Positions 38,831 through 51,964 of a stretch of 64,000 bases of DNA are shown piece after piece. The position numbers and the translations under genes are program-made. The first letter of the stretch is position 1. Every line of letters begins with the position of its first letter. The stretch comes from Camelus dromedarius (Eukaryota), in NCBI RefSeq assembly GCF_036321535.1, contig NC_087436.1, positions 49,664,001-49,728,000 on the forward strand. The letters run 5' to 3'. Under the pieces are notes generated by a model. That model had not been told where the DNA came from, searched no databases, and worked only from the letters and a program-made list of their open reading frames with translations.

Positions 38831-40639
38831 AGCTCTCCATTTGAAATACACTTATTTTCCACTTAGTATAAATTATATCAAGACATCATCTAAGCTTTTA
38901 TGTATATGTCATACCTCCCCAAGTAGACTATATGGTTCATATAAGTTTCCTCTGGACAGCAGAGCCTGCCTTACTGTGGAGCCAGTCTACTGAGGCAATG
39001 AGAGGTGAAAAGGAAAAAGAATCAACATTGGTACCTAGTTTTCCAACCTAAGTAACCAAGGTGTCTCATTACCCTCTCTGATACTTTCACACAGATAGAA
39101 TGATTAGTTTTTAAGCAAGTATTTATTATATTTGAATACTAAACTGTAAAGCTGGTGTTAATTTAAACAGCCATGAACCATCATTCTAGAAAAACTAAAC
39201 TAATGCCTTCTTTTGTAAGAATGTGATGGGAAAATGAAAGAAATGATTTGTTACTGATCATAGCAAACTACCCAGAAGATAAATCACAAAAGTCTTCTTA
39301 CAGTCTCTTTACTTTGTAAATATTGTTTTCATCTTTTAATCTTGGGTAACATGTACAAACAGCTCATGCTTTCCTCTTCTGGTTTGTCTTGCCACCAGAA
39401 ACTCTGGATACCAGTCTGCTCTCTCTATATTATATGTTGTATGTTATGGATGTGGTTTGGACTATGTACATGATTAATAATTTAAAAGCCCAATATGCTG
39501 AGAAATGCAGAATTCATTATGGCAATCCAATAAGAAGGTGAAGATGCTACATCTATTACTTACTTCTGCAATCAATTGTGTTGATAGGTGCGCAATTACT
39601 TTGGGGAGAATAAAACTCCTGGGATAGATCTTGAGAGGAAAACAGGAACTAAGCTGAAAATTAAAAAAAAAAAATAAAACATTGGATATAGGTTCCCTGG
39701 TTCTATTTTGCTTAAATTTGTAGGATATATAGTTGGGTTTCTAAATGATACTGAGAGTTAATGATATTGTGAAATAGAAAAAAATGTGACTGGAAGTGGG
39801 CTTAGATTGCCATCCCTTTAGAAAGGAGCAGAGGCAGAGTAATGTGCGGGGATGCAGGCAGGTTGGAGGTTTGCAGGTAGGAGGATAAAGATGGTTTCTT
39901 TTTATGGGTTCTTATCACTCAGGAAACAAGAGGCAAGGTTATCACCAATGCAGGATTAAGGAGGTGATATTTCAGGTTTGTGGAGGGAGGAGAGTGAATG
40001 AAATTATCTTGAACTGGTTGAGAGAACTGATTAGTGAAATGTGGACTTACTAGACGGTGCCAAGGTTTGCCTTCACAAATTTAAAGTAAGCCTGACTGCA
40101 TTTTTTCCTTCAGGTTCAGCTGCCCAGGCTTGTATGTGTAGGTGAACTAGATTCAGCTGGGATTAGAATTGTGTCAGGCAAGAAAGACTGAGGGAGAGAG
40201 GGGCAAGGAAATAGAGGGTGTATGCAAGGGAGCAATTGTAATAATAGTACATGGAATCCAAGCAAGTAAGGAGAAAGTAAGGGCGTGGTGTGGGAGAAAA
40301 GTTGTAGGAGTGGAGGTACTAGATGTCTGAAGTGGGAAGATGAGAGCTGGTGATCACGTTGTGGGATACTGGAAACAGATTTGGAAGATGGAGTAATTAT
40401 TGGTAATGACAAGACCTAGTGGGGGGCTCCAAGAGGTGCGTGGTAGAGGGGATGGCATGAAGGAACTATGAGGCCTCGGTACTGAAGGGATCTTTCCCAC
40501 AACTATGGACGTCACCAAGACCAATGATGGGACTAATAATGGACGAAAAAAAACATGAGCTAAGAGTTAAAATTTTCACTGAATGAGAGGCAGTGGCTGG
40601 AAAGACTGAAGATAATGGCACCAAACGGTGGGAGGCAAT

Positions 40640-40870
40640 AGGACATAGTTCTTAAGAGAATGGACTCCAGAGCCCTGCTACCAGGGTTCAAATCCTGGCT
40701 CTAATGTTTCCTTGCTGTTCAACTGTGGACAACTAACTTAACATCCCAGGTCCCTCAAATGCATCTGTAAAATAAGGACAGCAATATACATAACTCACAG
40801 CTTTGTTGTAAGGAATAAATCAGATCAATGCCTGGCAAGTAATCAATATATAAGTGCTAATAGCTTATGG
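40640..40870 (+). mobile_element. MIR SINE
   Basis: ttaagagaatggactccagagcc...gggttcaaatcctggctct...catctgtaaaataaggacagcaat. Confidence 0.8.
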
Positions 40871-40897
40871 AATAAACTGAGAGGTGGAATTTTCTCC

Positions 40898-40925
40898 GTG
40901 TGTGTGTGTGTGTATGTGTGTGTGT
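40898..40925. repeat. (TG)n microsatellite
   Basis: gtgtgtgtgtgtgtgtatgtgtgtgtgt. Confidence 0.9.
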
Positions 40926-43479
40926 AAGTAAGCATGTATTTATTGGGGACCATGCCATACAGGAATCAGCAATAAAAAGCTAGGCTCAGCAAGACATGAG
41001 GTGTTGGGGAGAGGAAAGAGCTGCCACTTGAGAAAGCCTCGGGGGAAGCTGTGACCTTGGGGAGGGTCAAGTTTCAGTGAGAGCATTACGATAGTGAGGA
41101 TGCTGAGCAGAGGCTGAAGATACAGGGATTAGCTGATAACAGACTCTGAGTTCAGGAAGCCACAAGGCAGGGACTTAGGGTGGTGTAGAGGTGAGGAAGA
41201 TGGGTCAGATTTTGGGGAGTGCACAGAGCCATGTAGGACAAGTGCTCTTATCACGATGGACGACTTGGGAGGTCTGGGCTGGTCCTGCAGTCAGGTAAAC
41301 TAATCACGTGAGGTATCAGGCCCAGGGTCCTGATTATATTCCCTCTGTCACACAGGTGTTCAGAAGATGGTGTGTGCAAGGCCTGCAGGAGACTGGCAGA
41401 GCTCGTCTGCAGCCAGTGTGTAGGCTAGAGGAGCCATGGGCTAGCAGGGAGGCAGAATACTTCCAAGTGATGAGAAGATAATTGATCAGTGCTGAAACTC
41501 AATCCTAACAGCTAATCCAGGCCCCCAAGACTAGATCAAAACATCGCTATACATTTTTAAGCCGCCTGTATTTCTTCTTCAAGGCACATATAAAAATACT
41601 AATTACATACTTAATTGCATGTTTATTTTTTAAATGACTGTTTCCCCTCACAGAATGGGCAGGAAGTGTGCCTCTTCTATTCCGTGTTGGTGCTTCAGAG
41701 CTTTGCGTGTGTGGTGGGCGCTATGTCTGTATCTAAACTGCATCTATGCATCTGTATCTATGCCTCTATTTACATCTATATCTGTAGCATCTGTCTTTGT
41801 GAGAGGGTTACGTTAGGAGTTAAGTTGCCAAAATAGATTTATTGGCAATGATCGTATCTGATTTCAAAGTTTCGCTTCCTAAGCCGGCTGCCTCCACGTC
41901 CACTTATCCACGGTGAGTCAAGGTGGTTTTTGGAAGAGCAGCGCAGTGAATAATGGAGTTCTGGTCTGCAGCTGTACCGAGAGCCTTACTAGCAGCATCT
42001 TTCTAGACTTTTGTCAAAAAAGAAAAAAAAAAAAAAAAAGGAGGGGGTGGATTTGGCCTAAGGAATGAAACAGTCTGAAATATTGCAACTTAATAAGAAG
42101 CAGCATGTGATAAACCTCATGAGAATAAGCGTTCACTTGAGATGTCCTTCTCAGAGCCTCAATCAATGGACAGGTAGATCTTATTTGTATGTTGTCTGGA
42201 AGTGTTCAGTGATTATTTCATGTATATACTTATTTTTTTGTCCCCAACTAGATCATAATTCCCTTGTGATAAGAAGGATTGCCACATAGGCTAGAGGCAG
42301 CTAAGTCTCGTTTGGTTTCTTATTATACCACGTGAGCTTTGTTTGGGAGTCAGAGTGGCGTCATGTAACCTGACATGAAAAAGGCCATCTTGTGGTCAGG
42401 GCACTGTGGTTAATGGGTAAGAAAACAAGGTTGCAGAGCGTTGCCACCCTTGTAATGGGGCCTTCTGGAATTAATGAGGCTGTGCTCTGAGGGCGTGGAG
42501 GATGCGAGCAGACACCGGATCATTTCCTGCTGTATCCCCCATGGTGCATAACACTGTCTACGTGGCGATGGGGTACACTTTAATAATTATTTCTCCCAGT
42601 GACTGGAAAGAGTATGTTTTTTCAGTGTCACTCTCAGATAGCTGCTGTAGCGTTCCTCTTCCGTACACGCAGTAGCACACTCGGCTGAAGCTGACAATTT
42701 TCCGTAGTTGACAAAGCTATCAGGAGACCTTGCTGGAATGAGGCAGCTTGTAGTTTGTTCCCTGTGCTCCCTTCACTACCTCTAATTGAATTAACAAACA
42801 ATTTCACAGAAATGTCTGTATTCCAATTAAAGGAAAGGGAAAAGAGAAGGCTCAGGTGGGGGTTTCATGGAAAAGCCACAGTGCTTTGCAAACAGCTAGA
42901 GTCCAGTGAAATTGAAGCAGTGACCCAGGCTGGACCAGGCTAGAACAGGCAACAACACAGGTTCAGAAAAAAATGGCAGGGAGGTTCATAAAAAGATGGT
43001 GGGAGGAGCAGGGCTTGGAGAGTAAAAAATTAAGGGCCCTCCAGATCATCTAGACCTGAAACATCTTGCACATTTGCCCTAGTGTTCTGGTTTTTTTATC
43101 CTAGCTTTGTCTATTTGGCTGAAGTCTGTGTCCCAAAGCAGCTGTTTTAGGTGGGGTTGAAAGTGGGATTCTAGGAGCTCTTTATATAGAGGCTTGGTTT
43201 AAATCCACTCAGCTCACTTAATCCTGCCCGCTTAATCCTGTCGCTTCTCCGGCTGACAGGCCACACTGGCTGAGGCTGCAAGGGAAGGCTGACTTGTTCT
43301 GGGCCTTTCCTCCCACAAACACCTCTTACCTGCACACACAGTGCATGAACGCAATTCTGAAATGCTCGCGGGGATTTTTAAGATCTGGCATTCCAATGGT
43401 AACATCCAAAAACATGCTATGTTGTCTTGGTCAGTAAGACTCTTGAGTAAATGGTGGTGCTCGAGTTTCCATGACATTT

Positions 43480-44002
43480 TTGACTCTCATTCCTCAGTAA
43501 TTGTGCTGTAACCTCCTGTCTCCCTCTGCCACCACCCTTGCCCCTCTCCCCTTACAGCCAAAGTGATCTTTCAAAAATGCAAAGCACATCATGAAATGTT
43601 CCTGTGTGAACTCCTTTAATAACCTCTTATTTCTCCTGGAATAAAATCCATATTCTTACCATGGTCTACAAGATATTGAATATGCTTGCATCCAACATCA
43701 TCTCTTCCTGTTATATGAAAAGCCATGTCCCACTACAGAGCCTTTGCGCCTACTTGTCCCTGCCTGGAATGCGCATATTCTACAGATTGTTTTATTTTTT
43801 GAACTTACTGATATTTCTGATTACTTCAATGATACACTTGATTACTTTTAAATACTTTTTTAATGTTTGTCTCTCCAACTAGAATGTAAACTGCACAAGG
43901 ACAGGAACTTTGTCCTATGCTTTTGTTGATCTGTCCCTAGCACCCAGTACAGCATTTGAGACATCATGGATAACCCGTAAAATAGTCATGGAATGAGTGA
44001 AT
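43480..44002 (+). mobile_element. L2 3' region
   Basis: acagccaaagtgatctttcaaaaatgcaaa...tctctccaactagaatgtaaactgcacaaggacagg...cctagcacccagtacag...ggaatgagtgaat. Confidence 0.85.
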
Positions 44003-44371
44003 ACCAGCTTAAAGTTCTCAAGACATTTTCAATGTTATGGAAAAACCACTTTTTTCTTTGACTATCTTATTAAATTTTTTTCTTCAGCTTATGATTGCTT
44101 ATGAAACACATATTTGCCTTTCTGATTCCACATCTATAATTAAATACGGGCTGCCTGGTGTTGTCCTTCATAGCTAGGAATAATCCTATTTCGAATATTG
44201 ATTATTCTCTAATATGTATCCAGCAGACGTCTCCCCAGTAATACCTTGTGACCTGGGACACTGGGAGCCCGCTCTGAGCCCTGCACTTACGGGGTCCTCA
44301 CCCTGCTTCTCCTCTGACCTCACCTATGGAATCAGAGTCCACACTTATCCACACCTGAGCACTGCGTTCTT

Positions 44372-44672
44372 TTTTTTTTTTTTTTTTTTTTACTTTTCTA
44401 TTGACATGTAGTTGATTTACAATATTAGTTTCAGGTGTACAGCAAAGCGATTCAGTTATACATACACATACATATATATTTTCTTTTCAGATTCTTTTCC
44501 ACTATATGTTATTACAAGAAATTGAATATAGTTCCCTGTGCTATACAGTAGGTCATTGCTGTTTGCTTATTTTATATATAGAAATGTGTGTCTGTTAATC
44601 CCCAACCCCTAATTTATCCCCCTCCCCACTGCCCTTTTCCCTTTAATAACTGTAGTTTGTTTTCTCTGTCTG
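44372..44672 (-). mobile_element. 5'-truncated young L1 with poly(A) tail
   Basis: Long T-run, L1 3'UTR (attgaatatagttccctgtgctatacagtagg), perfect 17-bp TSD ctgagcactgcgttctt at 44355-44371 and 44673-44689. Confidence 0.95.
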
Positions 44673-47600
44673 CTGAGCACTGCGTTCTTCATTACCTTCT
44701 ACTGCGCTGGAGCCTGGAGATCTATGCTCAAGTTGCCCAAGCCATCTTCCAGGTCCCATGGGACCTTGGGATCTCTTTCTTCAAGACCCGGTCCGGTCCA
44801 GCATACACCACACCCACTGGCCTGAGGAGTGGCTGTTGCCACAGGTGTGAAGGGAGCATGGACAAGCAGGCTGGGGTGTGCACGTGCCTACATGCCTGTG
44901 TGCAGGACTGGGAAGACCAAGAGCTGGGGTTGGGTAGAGAAACAGGTCTGGCCATCAGTAATCCCGAAATTGGTCAGAGAGGAGTTGGTCTCTAGTGTAA
45001 AGATGGTGTTACTTCAGGGATTTACTCCAAGACTTGTTTGTTTGTTCTTGGAGTTAGATAAGAAAGAAGACTAGTCACAGAAAATTAAGATAAAATAAAA
45101 ATGAAGAATGTCTGTCATTAATAAGAGGCTCTTAAGAGTAAAAGAAGCACTAAAGTGAAAATTATATTACCAGGAAGGTGCTTATTTATTGTTTGGCCAG
45201 AATGTAAAGATTTTAGAACACTTCGGGTCATGTATTTTACCTTTTTGCATGAGCCAGTTCCTGAGAAAGGAAGGAAAGTTCCTTAGCTACTTCTTGTTTC
45301 TTCATAAGCATTCTCATAGAATTTAATATAGACCAGACAGTGATTTTTTTAAACGCTTTATATCCACCTTCCCGAAGTTATACTCAGTTGTACTGATTGC
45401 CACCGTAGCTATAAAATGGTAACGTTTATGACTTGAAAGCAAAATATAGATGTTCTGATCATTCCCTGAACCTTTCATGTTTGGAGGAGGATGGCTATGG
45501 GTCAGTTTTCATGGAATAGTTCTTGCTTCCTTCCTGAAAAGACAGGAGAGTGGCTTTTTGCTCTGGACTAAACAGCTACCTAAATTTATATCCACTCCTT
45601 CCTTTTATTCTCATTTATGTCCACACATATGAAATTTCAAGCAGTATGAAATATGTATCCTTCAAAAACAGAATGAGAGAATAATAGAGGACGTGTAAGT
45701 AAATTATTAATACATTTGCATTTTGCAGAGAGCCTTAAAGTGTTGAACCTTATGATTTGGTTATGTAGATAACAGCTAGTATCATGCATACTTAAAATTG
45801 TCCAACTAGAGATACAAATACTAATTGTGTATCTTTATGACAATTGATTTTTAACACTCTACCGTTGTCACTTGGACATTCTTAAAAGTTTTTTAAACAT
45901 AGAGATAAGGTAAGTGCTAAAAACCTGAATGAAATAAGTAAGGACAGGTTCAGGAAGGTGAAAATGAATTAGAAAAATAAAGGGGCTAAACAGAAATACA
46001 ATCGGATCTATCGATGAGGGTAATACAAGTAGACAATGCAAATTATCTTTACTAGGGTGAAGGGATTTGCAATGTTAGAAAGCCTCCTTTCCATTTTAAA
46101 ACAAAATAAAACAAACACCTTCCTTTCTCTGACCAGAAACTCAGTAGGTTGACCTTAGTAGGCTGTGTGATCAGATAAGGATATTTCGACAGTCCAAAGG
46201 TAGATTGTGGTAAGGACAGTGTAAGTCACAGATTTTTCTAATGGGACAAAAAAAAAAAAAAATCAACATCTTAATACACAATTCATGCACAATCATCTTT
46301 CTCAAAGCTGCTGAAGTAAACTATTCAAAATGACATATTTGATTTATAACTGACCTAATTTGTTTCTTCTAACTTTGCAAACTACAAATTATTGGTTTAT
46401 ATAATTTTCTTATGAGATATGATATCTAACTGCCTTATCTTCAATTAGTAAATATGGAGTTTATACAGGTGGAGTGAATTCTGCTTAGCAGGCACAAAAA
46501 TTTAGACATTTAAACTTTGAACTATGACATGGGTAGGGTTTGGAGTGAGAAGAGACGGTAGTGAGAGAGTATCTTGGAAAGCGTTACATATGAAGTGTCA
46601 TGGAGTCCAAGAGCTATTTTCAGGTGCTATATTGCCAATCTGGTACCGTCTCTCTGCCAAAAGATCAGGTGCTTATGTGAACACATATTCAACACCACAG
46701 AACAGATTAAAAAATGCTCAAGAGATGTCATCTCCAGGAAATAAGCAGCTATGATTGATATTTTGCAGAGCATTTTGAAATAAAATACACCTTAAATTTC
46801 AGCATGACATGGGCCAGGCATAGAACTATAGAAATAATGTTGGTGAAATCTAAAGTTTGAGTACTTCCTGCTGGAGAGGCTGAAATTAGGCACTGTTCAG
46901 TACCGATTGGCATGGCACAAATATATAGACACAAATGTAAACACTCAGGCAAGACTGGTTTAGAGATACAGTTCCCTAACGTGGCTGGCCTGGAAGTTAA
47001 TGTGGAATCACTCTGCATATTATTCATAGTTTTTGAAAATCTGGCCAACTAATTTTTAAAAACCTACCACTCCTAATAAATTATATATCGTTTTATTATT
47101 TGTATTTCATGTTGTAAAATTATTCATTCTCATGTAATTTTGAGGATTTAAGAAAAAAAAAATCCAGAAAGAAAAGGTCTAAAAAGTAGGTATTTATAAG
47201 GAGAGTTTTAAATTGGGTGAACTCACACTGAAAATTACAGTTAGGATTCAGGTGCTCACATTTGAAAAACGGGTAAGAATTTCTCCAGCTGAATGGTGTT
47301 TGAATGGTATAAAGTTGGTAATTTTCTGGGTGGATTTCACATAATCCCTGAATGCATAGGATAAAACAGGCTGTAGTCTGTGGTTCCAGGACCTAAAATA
47401 ATTCAAAGTCTCTCACAGGATGAAATTGTTGTTTTATTCTTGATGAAGACACATCACAGACAGAGTCACAGAACAAGATAATGACAGAAATACTTGTCCC
47501 CAAGTCTGCTCCTTGGCCCTCCCAGCCATATCATTTTTGTGGAGGACAGAATTGAAAGATACCACTTTGACAGACTGGAACTAAGAGCTAATTGCTGCAT

Positions 47601-47924
47601 TTCCTAAAGTGCAATATAAATAGTCCTCACCTCGCCTCCCACGATATCTCAGCTGATTAGGAGTGTGGTTACCAGGCAAGATGCAAAAGTAAGGCTTAAA
47701 AACAGCCCACTTCCTGTTCACAGTGGAATTCGGTTGGGCTGATAAATCATGTATGTGCTATCAATTCTCCGTTTTATTGATGATGGGTCAATAAAAGCAT
47801 ATGCACTTTTAACTCTACAAATGGATACATAATACTTTGAATGTAAAACATTAAGTTTGAAAGAAATGTATGCATCAGTCACTCAAAATGCAAGTAGGTG
47901 ACCTTGTTGGAACACTTGCGTTTC

Positions 47925-48290
47925 CCAAATGCAACATGTTCTCTCATCCCACTTTGTCTCCACACAAGCTCCCAAGAGTGATCTCTCCCCTTGTTTGAAT
48001 TTGGCTAATTTTTTCTCATCTGTTAAAACTCAGCTTGGCCATCACATTTTCCAAGCATCCTTCCTTAATATTCTTCTGCCCAATTCAACCAGTCAATTTT
48101 GGACATCCGTCCTGTGTACATCCAGAAATTCCTAGGCTTTTGTCTGTCTTAAGAAATTATCATCCAGTATTGCATTCATCACTGAGTTTATGTCCTACCA
48201 GAGAACACCATATCTATCTTTTAACTCTGAATTATCAATGCTTTATATAGTGCCTAGTAGATAATAGGTGCTCAACTAGTTGCCTAAAAA
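47925..48290 (+). mobile_element. L2 3' fragment
   Basis: tctcatctgttaaaactcagcttggccatcac...tagtgcctagtagataataggtgctcaac. Confidence 0.65.
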
Positions 48291-48579
48291 ATTAAAGTTA
48301 GCAGAAGAAATACTACAGCATATGCAATGGTGTCAAAATGCAAGGAACAGGCAGGCTTTTAATAAAGGCTTTGATGTGTTAAATGGTGAAATGTTAGTTA
48401 CCATCAGTGGGGGAAATTGTCATATTTATGAACACAAAACACAGTTCTTCGGAAGAGCTCTCTGTGAGATGAGACTGAGGGTTCTCTTCAACCAAGAAGA
48501 CATCGCTGGCCTTAGAGCTAAGTTAACCTAAAAGGGTCTTAATGTGGAAGGCTGTCGATGCAGGTTTCTGAAACACCAG

Positions 48580-48830
48580 TATCATCATCACCTTAGTTTA
48601 CATGCACTGAGTGTCAGTTCTGCATCAGACACCATTAAGCATTTTCTGTGAATAGTTTTTATTTAACCATCACAACAATCTTAAGAAATAAGAATTGGTA
48701 TATTTACCCAAACTGCAGATGAGAAAACTGAGGCTTAGGGAGAATAAGTAACTGGCTTGGAGTCACATAGTTAGTAACCGTGTGAGACAGAATTGACATG
48801 CTGGTCTATCTGTCTCCAATGCCCATGATC
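48580..48830 (-). mobile_element. MIR SINE
   Basis: atttaaccatcacaacaatc...gcagatgagaaaactgaggcttagggagaataagtaactggcttggagtcacatagttagtaa. Confidence 0.85.
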
Positions 48831-49589
48831 TTCCCTGTCGGGCTGTCCTGCGTCCATTATGCACAACGCAGAAGTGGTCACAGGTGTTTTTTCCCTACTC
48901 ACTGCCGCTACCAGGGATTGTCTGATTTCCTCCCTTCTCAGCAGTGGATCCTGTAACGAATTGTAACTTCCTGAACCAAAATCCTGCTTATCTTTCCCAC
49001 TGTTCATCTAACAGCAAGAATGATTGATCAGGTTTGAACAGAGTAAGTTTGGTCTTTCCACTTTAAGCTCCCACTTGCAATCCTCCAGCTCCTTCTGCTG
49101 GAGTATTAATTATGCAGAAGGGAGCATAGAATTGAAATGGGAGGCAATGAGTGGAGAGGGGAAGTAAACTCCATTCTGCTTCTTTAGTCCTGATCCTAAT
49201 TGCCATAGCTGATACATCTACTGAAACACTTCCAATTGTATATTAAAAAGGGTAAGGATGAGAAAAGGGAATAGTGTGGAAAGTATGAGGTCAAGTACCA
49301 ATCAGCTTTTTCTCTTTCACCTGCTACCAGCCAAATCCCCCCCAATCACCACACCCACTTATCCCTTGTAGAAATAAACATTTCTACTGTAATATGATAT
49401 GCAGACAAAAGTGCACAAATCATAAATGTACAGTTTGATGAATTTTCACAAAATGAACACACATTTGTAATCACCACCCACATCAACAAACTGAGCATCA
49501 TCAATACATTGTGGCTTTAAATTGTGTTTTCCTGAAGGCTAATGAGTTAGAACACCTTCTTATGTGTTTAATAGCCATTTCAATGTCTT

Positions 49590-49776
49590 TTTTTTTAATC
49601 GAAGTATAGTCAATTTACAGTGTTGTATTAATTTCTAATAATGCTATTATGTGAAGCATAATGATTCAGTTATACACGTATATATATATATATTCCTTTT
49701 CATATTCTTTTTCATCATAGGCTGTTACAAGGTATTCAATATAGTTCCCTGTGCTATACAGTAGGACTTTGTTGTT
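49590..49776 (-). mobile_element. 5'-truncated young L1 nested in old L1
   Basis: T-run then aatcgaagtatagtcaatttacag...atatagttccctgtgctatacagtagg; 18-bp TSD tagccatttcaatRtctt at 49572-49589 and 49777-49794. Confidence 0.92.
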
Positions 49777-51520
49777 TAGCCATTTCAATATCTTATTTAA
49801 AGAGATGACTCTTCAAGTCTTGCCTATTTTTAATTGTGTTATCTTCTTTGTATTAATTTGTGAGTTTTTAAAAAATATTCTTAACATAATCATTTATCAG
49901 TTGTGTGTACTGCAAATATTTTCTCCCTATAATTTGCTTGCTTTTGAATGAATAGTGTCTTTGATGAATGGATCTTTTTAATTTTTATATAATTTTGAAA
50001 ATAATTTTATGTAATCCATAAAATTTTAATGTGATATATTTTTTCAGTAATTTTCTAACAGTTAGTGCATCTTGTATTCTGTCAAAGAAATTTTTAGCTC
50101 CTAATGACTTATAAAGTTATTTTCTTATGTTATCTTCCGGAAGCTATATTTTCTCTCATATAAATTTATATCTACAATCCATCTAGGAGTGATTTTTGTG
50201 GGTAGTGTGCATTGTGCAAGAATCTTTTTTTTTTTTTCTGAATATGCAGTTAACCCAGAATTACTTATTGAGGAGTCTACCCTTTCCCCATAGCACTGTG
50301 TCATCTTTGCCCTAAGTCAAGTGTTGGTACAAGTGAAAATCTGTTTCTGGATTTTTTGCTCCCTGGTTGAATTGTCTGTTTAAATGCCAGTACCACACTG
50401 CTTCAATTAAGGTAGCAATGAGAGCTGTCAAACTTTGTTCTTCATAATTGTTTTGGTTATTTGCGGTTCTTTACATTCTCATTAATATTAAAACCTGATT
50501 GCCCATTTTTCTAAAAACAAAGTATCTGCTGGAATTTGTACACGAATTACATTAAATAGGTAAATCAATTTGCAGAAACTTGAAATGTATAAATAGAAGT
50601 CTTCCTGTCCAAAAACTTGACATAACCTGTCAGCTTTTTAGGTTGTTGTAATACTTTTTCACAATATGTTATTGATTTTTGTGTTGAGAAATTTTATGTT
50701 TTTTATCAAATTCCTAGCTTTTTAATTTTTCATGCTATTGTAAATGTCAATTTTTAGTTTTATTTTCTAGTTGATGGTACATATAAATACCTTCAATTTT
50801 TAAAATCTTGTTCTGTGCAAAGACATTGCCAAAGTCTCTTACTGGTTTTAATAATTTAGCTGTATATAATTTTAGATTTTGAAAATGTATTATCATGTAA
50901 ACTGTGACTGAGTTTTATTTCTTCATTTTTCCATTCTTAAACATTTCCTTTCTTTCTTTCCTTCCTTCTTCCTTTCTTTCCTTCCTTCCTTTTTCCTCTT
51001 GATTTGTTTTTGCCTCTATTATAGTAGTAGGAACCTTTAGTATGATGAGAATATAAGGGGTGATGGTACACACGTTATTTCATTCCTAGTCTCAAGGGAA
51101 AGCTTTTAATACCACAGCGTTAATATGAGGTTTGGTGTAGACATTATTTTATAAATACCTTGTATCACGGAAGTCAGTTTTCCTCTAATTATAGTTTCCT
51201 AAAATATTTTAATTATGGTGCTTAATTATTTCAAATGCTTCTTTTGCTGCTGTTGAGATCATCATACGAATTTTCCTCTTTTTCTGTTAATGTAGTGAAT
51301 TTTCATTTTAGAATATTAAAACCTTCCTTTTTGGAAAAAAATCAAACTTTGTTGTAATATAATATTCTTTTCATATACATTTGAATTTGATTTTCTCATC
51401 TTTTTTCAGGTTTTGTATTGTTCATAAGAGATACTGGTTTGTGAATTTCCATTTTTACAATGAACTAATCATTTGGTGCCAAGATTTCACTGGCCTTAAA
51501 AAGTGATTTGGGAACTCACT

Positions 51521-51521
51521 C

Positions 51522-51593
<72 letters not shown>

Positions 51594-51640
51594 TTTCTTT
51601 CTTCTTTTCTTTCTTTTCTTTTCTTTTTTCTTTCTTTTTC
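51521..51640. repeat. (TTTC)n microsatellite and pyrimidine tract
   Basis: Long perfect tttc run decaying into ttttc units. Confidence 0.95.
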
Positions 51641-51964
51641 ATTATTTCTCTTGACTAGTTTGTATAGTTATATTTCTTAAAATGTTATATTTCTTAAAAT
51701 GTTTGAAAGAAATCACTATAAAGTTATTTTGGTTCTTTAATATTATTGGAAGATTTTAGTTTCAGTTTCAATTTGTTGAATAGATATAGAACTATTCAGA
51801 TTTTCTAATTCTTCTTGTCTGCTTTGGAAAATAGTTTAAAAATTTTTTTTTCTGAATTTAAAAAACATATTTACACAAAGTATGCCTCTATCTTTTATAA
51901 TAATTCTACAAAAGAAATCCATCTTTTTGTTCCTGATACTAGTAATTCGTATTTTCTTTCATAT

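Larger units (their letters stand above)
39720..41350 (-). mobile_element. L2 internal region (interrupted by MIR and a TG repeat)
   Basis: Long G/A-rich decayed stretch: ggatgcaggcaggttggagg, ggtaatgacaagacctag, gagctaagagttaaaattttcactgaatgagagg. Confidence 0.6.
49365..51960 (-). mobile_element. Old L1 (3'UTR and ORF2 relic)
   Basis: aaagtgcacaaatcataaatgtacagtttgatgaattttcacaaaatgaacac (3'UTR) then decayed ORF2 motifs (tgccagtaccacactgc; ctagtctcaagggaaagctttt). Confidence 0.85.

Noticed and set aside
44588..45074. Longest ORF (135 aa) and overlapping ORFs
   Set aside because: Begins in an L1 fragment at a non-ATG start, no recognisable domain, no convincing splice sites
51667..51703. 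17-bp tandem duplication (similar ones near 3434 and 56466)
   Set aside because: Ordinary slippage duplications, mostly within old repeats
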